Positions 7,694 to 16,910 of a DNA stretch of 18,532 nucleotides are shown here, piece after piece. The number at the start of each line of letters is the position of its first letter. The stretch's first letter is position 1. Under the pieces are notes generated by a model. That model searched no databases, had not been told where the DNA came from, and saw only the letters and a program-made list of their open reading frames with translations. This DNA comes from Fonticula alba ATCC 38817. Taxonomy: Eukaryota > Protista > Nucleariida. A program made the position numbers and the translations under genes. Location of the stretch: NCBI GenBank assembly GCA_000388065.2, contig KB932204.1. The stretch is one strand, 5' to 3'.

Positions 7694-10413
7694 CGTGTGT
7701 GCGTGACAGGGGGAGGAAGTGTTGCAATGCAGCCTGTTAGTCAATCTCCATGCACTTTGTGCGCGTCCCTGGGCCTCCGATTGGCACGGAGCTTGCTCTT
7801 TGCTTTCCCTGTGTCGACGCTCTCTTGCCCACGCTCGCTGCCTTGTGAGACATGCCAGCATGTGCACCCATGCATCTGGGGGCATTGTCGCACACAGGCA
7901 TACACACACACAAACACACATAGACAGAGCAAGGAAGAGACCAGAGGAAGGAGGCCCAGGGAAAATGAGGCAGGCACGGGCACATGCGGGCGCATGTACG
8001 TACATGAAGAAATTCGAATTAACCTTGCAAGTCACCTGGCCGTCATCGGCCTTCCCCCACAGGAGAATCATGGCGGTGCTGACCAGGTATTCCAGAATAT
8101 GTGAAGTGTTGGCCGGGTCCATGCCGGTGGCGGCGCTGACACGCTCGACCGTCCAGGCCGGCCCATTGCTCGGGGCATTGAAGAGCAGCAGCACGGTGGC
8201 CAGCTGCGTGGACATCGACAGGGAGTATGTGGTGAAGGGCGGCGCGGCCTCGACATCCGGGACCGGGGCCGAGAGCATGTCCCCAGACCTGGCACGCGGC
8301 GTGAACGCCAGGTCGGTCTTGCTGTTGCCGAGCATCCACTTGAGGGCCCGGCCGGAGTTGTTTGTCTTGTAGAACTCCTCGAACTGCTCCATGAATGAGG
8401 CGAGCTACGGGCAGTTGGCGGGCGTGTCGCGTGGCACGCGAGCAGGCGTGTGGGGAGAGAGGCGGCATGGTGCGAGGCAAAGTCAGAGCAGATCCCAAGG
8501 CCAGGGGGGGGGGGGGGGGGGGGGAGGAGAGTGACCTGGCTCTCTGGCCAGCCACGCTCCGCGCGCGCCCCCCCTCGCCTGTCCCTCGCGCTGTGGCACA
8601 TGCTGTTGCCAGCGCACGCACCGCCGGGGGCAGTCGAATGTCCAGGTTCTGGATGGAGAAGGGCCAGATCTCCGTGTCGAAGACCAGCACATCGATCTGG
8701 GGGATGGCCATCCAGGCGGGGCTGGCGGCCGTCTGCTGGAGCTGGTGCTCGGACTTGCCGCCGGGCTGCTCGGTGCCCCCGAAGCTGGCGCGGAAGTTTT
8801 TGTACAGCTTCTGGCTGAGATCCTCCTCGTTGAGGAGGAGCTTCAGCTTGCCGATGTACGTGCCACCACAGACATCCTGACGTGTGGCACACAGCCGGCG
8901 CGTGCGGTGCGGTGCGGTGCGGGGCAGGGGCGAGGCCGGGAGCAAGCGGGCTCTGGTCAGTACAATGGGATTTCATCTTCGATGGCTTTTTCCATACGGG
9001 CAACATTCCCCCCCCCCCCCCCCCCCGCCCCCCCTCTTCACAGGCACAATACAGCGGGGGAGGCTCTCCAGGCCCCCCGCCCTCCGACGCCGCACAGCCG
9101 GGGACGGGAGGGAGCGGAGGCAGCCAAAGCACAGGCACGCACCTTCAGCATGGACACGATCATCTTCTCGATGTTCTCGTTGAAAGAGAGCTTGTTCACC
9201 AGGCGCGACACCAGACCGCGGCGGTACTTCTGCTCGAAGACATCCTTATCCTCGATGTACTTAAAGACATAGGCGATGATCTTGGAGATCTTCTCCATGA
9301 GGGCCGTCTCGTCCAGGGGGCTGAGCAGGGGCGCGGCGGCGCCGGCCAGGCCCCCTGGCCCGGCCATCGCCGAGGAGGACGAGGAGGAAGCCTGCTGCGG
9401 CGGCCGCAGCAGATGATCAATATACTGGGCCACCAGCTCGGGAGAGCGGTTTTGCCGGGCCCGACCGGCGGCCGGCCCGGCGTCGGCGGCCCCACCGGCG
9501 GTCGCCGGCGCCGAGGACCCCGGACAGGCGACCACATTGTGGTTGATGACCTTGCGGATGGTGCGCTCGAGCGAGGCCACCAGGGTCGGGTGCGAGGAGA
9601 AGCACACCCGGATCAGGCGGTTGTAGGTCTCGTACGTCTGGAGCAGAGCATTCACATAGTGCTGGGGGTCCTGAGTTTTGGCCCCGGGCTGAGGCGAGAG
9701 TCAAAGGGGGCAGGGGAGAGAAAGAGAGGAGGGGGAGGGGAGCAGGGAAGAAGGGCGGTTAGAGAACAGGCTGGCGGGGCGAGGGCCGGCGGCAGAGCGA
9801 AGCAAGGGGGCCTCTGCCCGAGGAGGAGGGGGCATCGCCGGCGGCCCGTGCGACCACGAAAGGAGAGCACGCATCGGCGCGGCAGGTGTGGAGAGGGGAG
9901 GACCGAGGCAGGGGGGGCGGACTGGAGGAAGAGCCCCCCCCCCCCGCCTGGGGCCGGCCGCCTGGCCGCGTGGGTGTGCGCACCTTGAGTGTCAGGTGCT
10001 CGATCCGGCGCACGGCGTCCATGCCCTCCACGCGGATGTGCTCCTCGATGACCGGGCGGATGGCATCGATGCCGGCATCCTCCTCCAGCCGGCTGAGCAG
10101 GCCGAAGATGAGCTTGATGTCGGCCTCGCCCTGGGTCGGGAGCAGGGCGCCCAGCTCGTCGGCCAGGAGTTCCTTGAAGGGGGCGATGAGCACCGTGTTC
10201 AGGTGGATGTACATCTTGGCCACGGTGCCGGCCTGGCCTTGGGGATCGAGGAAATCCCGCACCAGGACATCCTCCTCGGCCAGGCGCATGCGGACGTGCC
10301 GCGCGTAGTCGGTCATGTTGCGGCGCTGGGGGTCGGCCGCGGCCGCGGCCACGGCACTGGCCGTGGCCCCCGGGAGAAGCGGCTCGGCGGCGCTGCCCGG
10401 CCCATGGTCGGCC

Positions 10414-10448
<35 letters not shown>

Positions 10449-10818
10449 CCCGGTCACCGGGTCCACGGACATGCTGGCCATGCCGGTGGTGGCGGCCAGT
10501 GCACTGGCCGTCGGGGTGTCCACCCCTCCGAGGGCCTGGCGGTAGGAGGCCCCCACGAAGGGGGCGCCCGTGTCCGAGGGGGAGGTGGCGGCCGTCCCGC
10601 CGGTGGCCTGGTGGTGGACGCCATCCACGAAGGCCCGCGCCTCGCGGGTGTAGTACTCCACGGTGTCTTGGATGAAGAACTGCTCGAAGTAGATGACATA
10701 CGCATCGGGAACGGTGCGGTCGTTGCGCTCGTCGAAGAAGACGTCGTCTGTGTGTGTGTGTGTGTGTGTGCATGGGGGTCGAGGGGTGGGGAGAGAGGTG
10801 AGTGGGGGCCAGGGGGCG

Positions 10819-10858
<40 letters not shown>

Positions 10859-12149
10859 GGTGGTGGTGGCGGTGGTGGTGGCGGTGGTGGTGGCGGTGGT
10901 GGTGGCAGCGGCAGCGGCGGTACGGGGACACGAACAGAAGCTCGACAGGACGTCCTTCACCAGGCGCATGTTGACGGCCTGGTTGCCATCGCGACGTTTG
11001 CGGATCAGCAGCAGGATGTAGTTGGTGATGCGCAGCCGCAGGGGCTCCAGGATGTAGGTGTTCCAGCATTTGATAGCCAGCTTAAGGAGTGGGAATCGGG
11101 CGACGGGTGTCAGTTGGGGGGGGGGGGGGGGTACACGGGCGCGAGGGAGACGGTGGATTCTGGCGGCCGGCTCCGTGTGTGCACAGGGACATATGCATAG
11201 GGGCGGCGCGCATCAGGGCGTGTGTGGGCCGGCGAGCGGCGGCAGGGCGGCAACGCACCGCATTGATCGGGCAGATGGACCGGTCGGTGTCACTGCGCGA
11301 GGGCACGTAGAAACGATTGAGGTAGTTGAGCATGCGATTGGCGATGAGGGTGGCCGCGCAGAAGTGCCGCCAAGCCACGGCATAGAAGTTGAGCAGGGCC
11401 CCGCCGGTGGCCGGGATGTCATCGCCGACCGGCGCGGGGATCGGCGACCGGCACAGGCTCAGCAGATCGGTCGGCACCTGGAAGGACGGGTCGTCCATGG
11501 CCAGATAGTGCAGCGCCCGGGGGAGCATGTGCCGGGCCAAGTGATCGACCAGGTGGCTGCGCACATGCATGTAGATGTCATTCCCGGCGACCGAGGTTCC
11601 GTGAACGGCTGGGTCGGCGGGGTCGGCGGGGTCGGAGGTCAGAAAGGCGGCAGACAGGAGGGGCCCCGCGGAGGGTGGCCCGTTCCGGCAGGCGGCGGAA
11701 AGCGGCAAGGAGAAAGGGGGAAAGGCGGCAGGGCGTGGTGGGGAGGCGGCAGCAGCGCCCCCACAGGGAGGGGGGGGGGGGGCGCCACAGGTGCACGCAC
11801 AGTTGGACATGCCGGCGTCTTGGCCGTGGGCGCCGGTGCCGGCGCTGGTGCAGTGGTGGAAGATCTCATCATAGACAGTCATGTACTGGTGCGGGGAGAT
11901 GCTCAGGTTGGTGGTGGTCTGCTGCACCGGCAGGGAGGACCAGGTGTTGGGGTCCCCGCTGAGGGTGGTCATGGTGGGGCAGGATTTCAGCAGCTGGTCC
12001 AGCCGGGCGGACACCGTGGCGAAGACCGGGACCTTGGTACTGGGGCCGCCGCCGGGGGCGGGGCCGCCGCCGGGAGCCGCGGCCGGGTGGCGCCGCTGGG
12101 GGCCGGCCGCGGGGGTCGCCACGCCGGGGCGCTGGTGGGAGGTGGCCAT
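7269..12149 (-). CDS. Cullin-family scaffold, divergent Cul1/Cul2-type; exons 12149-11801, 11608-11259, 11080-10936, 10747-9984, 9688-9143, 8876-8622, 8404-8004, 7656-7269 (1065 aa)
   Basis: GCC-ATG-G start and seven GT-AG introns with matching phases (1,0,1,0,0,0,2); TAG at 7271-7269. The spliced protein is collinear with cullin motifs: YMTVYDEIFHHCT, LLNFYAVAWRHF..LNYLNRFYV, LAIKCWNTYILEPL, YFEQFFIQDTVEYYTREA, DPQHYVNALL, RSPELVAQYIDHLLR, FKYIEDKDVFEQKY..RL, FEEFYKTNNSGRALKW, DRAQLVELAIVRVLK, LDVLIQKEF, FSYLV. The short repeat-3/4HB junction resembles Cul1/Cul2. Confidence 0.93.
7658..7689. repeat. (TG)16 microsatellite abutting the cullin intron 7 acceptor
   Basis: Direct reading. Confidence 0.9.
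10749..10770. repeat. (TG)11 microsatellite abutting the cullin intron 3 acceptor
   Basis: Direct reading. Confidence 0.9.
10820..10921. repeat. Compound in-phase trinucleotide array in cullin intron 3
   Basis: (AGT)10 (GGT)6 [GGC(GGT)3]3 (GGC AGC)2 GGC GGT: 34 triplets without phase slip. Confidence 0.9.
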
Positions 12150-13766
12150 GGCACTCGCTCTCGCTCTCTCACGCTCACGCGCACGCTCGCTCGTGGACTG
12201 GGACCCGGGGGCCGGGGGGATTGGCAGAGGTTAACACAAGGCCGGGCCCGGTGCATGCGCATGTGCATGTGCGTGGCCGTCCGTATGGCTGGCTCTGGGC
12301 ACATGGTCGATGATGGTGGCGGTGGTGGCGGGCGGGCGGGCGGNNNNNNNNNNNNNNNNNNNNNNNNNNNNNNNNNNNNNNNNNNNNNNNNNNNNNNNNN
12401 NNNNNNNNNNNNNNNNNNNNNNNNNNNNNNNNNNNNNNNNNNNNNNNNNNNNNNNNNNNNNNNNNNNNNNNNNNNNNNNNNNNNNNNNNNNNNNNNNNNN
12501 NNNNNNNNNNNNNNNNNNNNNNNNNNNNNNNNNNNNNNNNNNNNNNNNNNNNNNNNNNNNNNNNNNNNNNNNNNNNNNNNNNNNNNNNNNNNNNNNNNNN
12601 NNNNNNNNNNNNNNNNNNNNNNNNNNNNNNNNNNNNNNNNNNNNNNNNNNNNNNNNNNNNNNNNNNNNNNNNNNNNNNNNNNNNNNNNNNNNNNNNNNNN
12701 NNNNNNNNNNNNNNNNNNNNNNNNNNNNNNNNNNNNNNNNNNNNNNNNNNNNNNNNNNNNNNNNNNNNNNNNNNNNNNNNNNNNNNNNNNNNNNNNNNNN
12801 NNNNNNNNNNNNNGGTGGCAGCGGAGAGGAGGGCGGGAGGGGAGGAGGGGGAGAGGAGATGGCCGCGGGACACACGGGAGGGGGATATTTTGCTCGGCCG
12901 GAGAGCGCGAGCCGTGTGAGTCTGCTGCCTCTTGTTTGGCGCGCCGATGGCGCCAGGCCCGAACCATGCGCTTACATGCGCACCCGCGCCGGGCGCGGAG
13001 GGGGGATCTCCCCCGCAGGGCCTGGTCGTGCGTCGGAAGCAGGGCGCGAGCGGGGGCGGAGGGAGGTCGGATCGCCACCCTGCCGAGATCCAGGCCTGGG
13101 GGAGACGGGGATCGATCGCCCCCCCCAATCCCCCGCCCCCTGCGGCGGGCCCGGGTGTCGCACCACCGGGGTCCGGCGTGGACACATAACCGCCTGCTCT
13201 CCCCTGGGTCAGGCCGGCTGGGTTGGTGGGGCGAGCGGGGGGGGGGTCGGGGGGGGGGACGCAAGCGGTACTTGGGCAAGGCGGCGCTTGTGCCGGCACC
13301 CGGGCGGCCCCAGCCACAGGGGCGCTTCGATCGGCGGCGGGTGGCGCGTACGCGCGTGTGCCGCACCGGCGCCCCTGCCCGGGGGGGTCGGGGGGGGGGC
13401 ATGGGCCCGGCGACACCCATCTCCGTGACCTGACAGAGCGAGGACGCTTGCGGGTGTGTCAGCCGGGGCTCGAAGCGGCAGAGCTGGCAGTCCACCCGGC
13501 GCGGGGGCGGCTCCCCGGCGCGCCGAACCGCGCGGAGGCTCGCGGGGCCCGCCTGCCGCCACCGGGCTGGGGGGGAGGGCGGGCCCGGCGCGCGGCGCTC
13601 ACACAGCGCTGGGCCGGCGGGGTATCCGGCGCTCCGCGGGCCTGGCCGGCCCCGGCAGGGACGCGGGGGTCGATCGCGGCACCGGCGGCGGCGGTACGGC
13701 CAAATTAAAGAGCCCGGCCGGGATGTCAGCCTGGGGCGGACGGGGCCCTCTCGGCGGCCGCGGGGT

Positions 13767-13768
<2 letters not shown>

Positions 13769-13814
<46 letters not shown>

Positions 13815-13848
13815 GCGCGTATGTATGGGTCGCGCGCGCGCGCGCGCG
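13769..13848. repeat. (GT)20 and (CG)9 microsatellites
   Basis: (GT)20 at 13769-13808 and (CG)9 at 13831-13848. Confidence 0.9.
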
Positions 13849-16081
13849 CATTAATCCCCGCTCCGGGCGCCACAAAGACCGCTCCGGGAGCCGGCTATCT
13901 ATCTTGCGAGACTATCTGCCGCTGGCATTTCCGTGTCGGGTCCGGCGCACGTTCGCAAAGGCGCGCCGGCGCCCGGGGGCCGGAGCCCTCCGAGGTGTAA
14001 AAAGCCCAGGGAATAAAAAATGCGGCCTTGTTGCCAAAATGTTGGCCGCCGCGCAAACGCGGCCTCCTTGTACTTCCCCCCCCGGGGGGCACGCGGGGGG
14101 GGGGGTGGGGCGGAAACCCGGCGCGGCCGGCGGGCTGCGGTCGCATCTTCGCTCTCGTAGGCCGGTGCCGCGACACGACCCGCGGCCCCCCCCCCCCCCC
14201 GGCGGAGCGGGGATGAGTGAGCGCGGTCTTCCCCCGTTCTCATCAGGACGCGCGTGTCCGCCCTTGCCCCCCTCCCCCGCCCTCCCAGGGGGGGGGGGAA
14301 GGGCGGGCGATGAGACATCCCTCTCCTTGGTTCCCACTCAGCCGCGCGACTCACAGGCGTCTGGACTCTTTGACAAGCCGGTGACAACCGCCCATTCCCC
14401 TCAACCTGGTGCCTCTGGCGGGTGGACGCCTCCACCCCGGCAGGGGTGTGCTGCCCGGTCCGCGCCCGGCCCCTGCCTTTGTCGGGTGTGTGCGCCCGTG
14501 TCCCCCCACCCCCCCCCCCCGGCCTTGCCGTCTTCGTGTGAGGGCGTTGGCTGGTGGTTTTACCCCGCATGCCCTGCGGTCCTCGGGGGGGGGGGGCCGG
14601 GCGAGTCCGGCCGAATGACGCTACAAGTGTGTGCGCCCGGGGCCTGTTTGCTCGGCCCTCCTGGCGGGGGCGNNNNNNNNNNNNNNNNNNNNNNNNNNNN
14701 NNNNNNNNNNNNNNNNNNNNNNNNNNNNNNNNNNNNNNNNNNNNNNNNNNNNNNNNNNNNNNNNNNNNNNNNNNNNNNNNNNNNNNNNNNNNNNNNNNNN
14801 NNNNNNNNNNNNNNNNNNNNNNNNNNNNNNNNNNNNNNNNNNNNNNNNNNNNNNNNNNNNNNNNNNNNNNNNNNNNNNNNNNNNNNNNNNNNNNNNNNNN
14901 NNNNNNNNNNNNNNNNNNNNNNNNNNNNNNNNNNNNNNNNNNNNNNNNNNNNNNNNNNNNNNNNNNNNNNNNNNNNNNCTGCACAAGCATGAGGGCGGGG
15001 CCCTTCTCTCTGCTGGCCTTGGGCCGGCCAGCTGGGAGAGCACCCGCCGGCGGGGTGCCGGCACGCGCGGCCCTGTGTGTATTCCGGCGCAACAAGGGCT
15101 CCCCCGCGTCCCCCCCGCGTCCCCCCCCGGCAAGGGGACGAGAAACCCCGGGCCAATTAATCGGTTTTCCATGGGCCGGCGCCCCTGCCCTTCCATCGCT
15201 GGGAGAGCAGGCCCGCGCACGGGCTTACGTATTCGCGCATGCGCGCAGGCTGCTCAGCCCGTCCTGCCCGAGATGCCGCGACCCCTCGCGCCGCCCCCCG
15301 ATGCCCGGTCGGTTCTTTCCTCCCCCTCCGGCCCGGGGGGGGGGGGGGGGGGGGGAGGAGAGGACGCAACCTGAGGGCCATGCTCGCCCGGTCCGGCCTG
15401 GCAGTCGCGCTCACGTCTGCGTGCGTGTATGCGCCGGGCGCAGGACTGCGGGGCCCAGCGGTGGAAATCCCGCCGCCGGGGCCGGAGGGCGCCAGGGCGG
15501 TGTGCGCCGGTTTCGTCTGCGGCCGGCATTTTGCCTGCGCACGCGGGGAGCGGCAGGGGGCAGTCCGGCGTGTGGGCGTGTCCGCGCGCCAGAGCCGAGC
15601 TGCCTCCCCCCCCCCCGGCACCATTCTGTCCGGGTCCGAGATAGGGCCCGGCAAAGGCTCCAGCGGGGAGCGGGGAGATAGGCCGATGCATCCCCGAGCG
15701 ACGGGCCGCCGGCCGACGCTGGCGCGCCAGTGCGCATCCAAGGGCGCGCCCTCCCCTCGGCCTTCCTGCGCCCCCACCCCCCAGGGGCGCAAAAGGGGAG
15801 CGAGATTGCCCATCCATCCGCATCTGGGAGGAGGGCTCCCCCTGCTGAAGGGGGGGGGGGGGGGAGGAGGGCAGAGGCGCGGGCAGGCCCGAGTGCCTGG
15901 CCAGTAGAGTGGGCGCCCTGGTGGGCGTCTTTCGCCCGGATGTGCGCGCCTGCTGGGACGGAAGTCCGCAAAGAGAGGGGGTCTGGGCGGGGGTCTGGGC
16001 GGGGATCTATACGTGGTCTTGCTCCGTCTCTTTTTTCTCCGTGTCTGTCTGTGTCTCCCTGTGAGTCTGTGAGTCTGTGTA

Positions 16082-16151
<70 letters not shown>
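16082..16151. repeat. (CT)n microsatellite
   Basis: About 70 nt of CT repeat with a short CCCT interruption. Confidence 0.9.
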
Positions 16152-16154
<3 letters not shown>

Positions 16155-16910
16155 CTTCGTGACCCGGAGCAACTGAGCAGCCACACCCCGCGTCTGGGGT
16201 CAGATGCCAATTTTCTCCCCGGCACAGTCGCCAGTGCGGCATCGAACCCCGGGACATTCTGATCCGGCGGTTCTGAGATCTCCAAAATGGGCCTAGAAGT
16301 CTCAAAAAGGGAGACGTGCACATGCCCAAGGAGGAGCGGACACGTGCGACCCCACTCCGAGACACATGACCGGCGGCGGGGTGCCGCCCCGCCCACCAAT
16401 ACAAGCGGGTCTGTTTGTCCGGCCCTGCAGGCGAGAGCCGAGGCTGTCCGGGCTTTTTTCATGAGGCACACCAACGTGCGGGCCGAGATGGCAAACAGCC
16501 CCCGGGCCTCACCCCGGGAAGACGGTCGGCGGATGCCCAGCGGGGCGTGTGACGGCGTGCTGTATGCCCGGGAGCCCTCCGGGAGATGGGCGGCAGACTG
16601 GATGGTGATCTCGGGTCGCCGGTGTTTTTTGTTTTTCCTTTCGGTGCGTGTGCGTGTGTGCGTGTGTGAGGGGGGGGGGGGGTGACTCATCTTGTGGCGT
16701 ATTGATGGACGGTCCGAAGGGGCCGATCGCATCCACTCCCCTCCCCCCCTCCCCCCCGCGTCGAGTATGTCCCCCGCCGCGGCCGCTGGTTCTTCCCCCC
16801 GTTGGTCCCCCCTGCCACCTTTTCTCCATCACTCACCGCCCCCCCCCCTCCCCGTTGCATGGCCCTACAGAGTCCTGCTCTCCCCCCTTCGCGCGCCTCC
16901 TCCCAGTCCC

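Noticed and set aside
7539-7820. 14-bp palindrome GTCGACGCGTCGAC (7543-7556) and a 12-nt repeat shared with intron 7 (7809-7820)
   Set aside because: The palindrome follows from the codons for V-D-A-S-T; the short match is compatible with chance.
16235-16295. B-box-like GGTTCGATGCC and Sm-site-like ATTTTGG on the - strand
   Set aside because: No T-stem pairing, no A box or cloverleaf, an upstream T5 run, and no snRNA-like sequence.
16341-16400. CACGTG, GC box and CCAAT cluster about 510 nt upstream of the M64 ATG
   Set aside because: Short motifs expected by chance; the TSS is unknown.
16287-16685. 132-aa ORF upstream of the M64 gene
   Set aside because: No recognisable domain or coding-like composition; it ends in microsatellite and G-run sequence.
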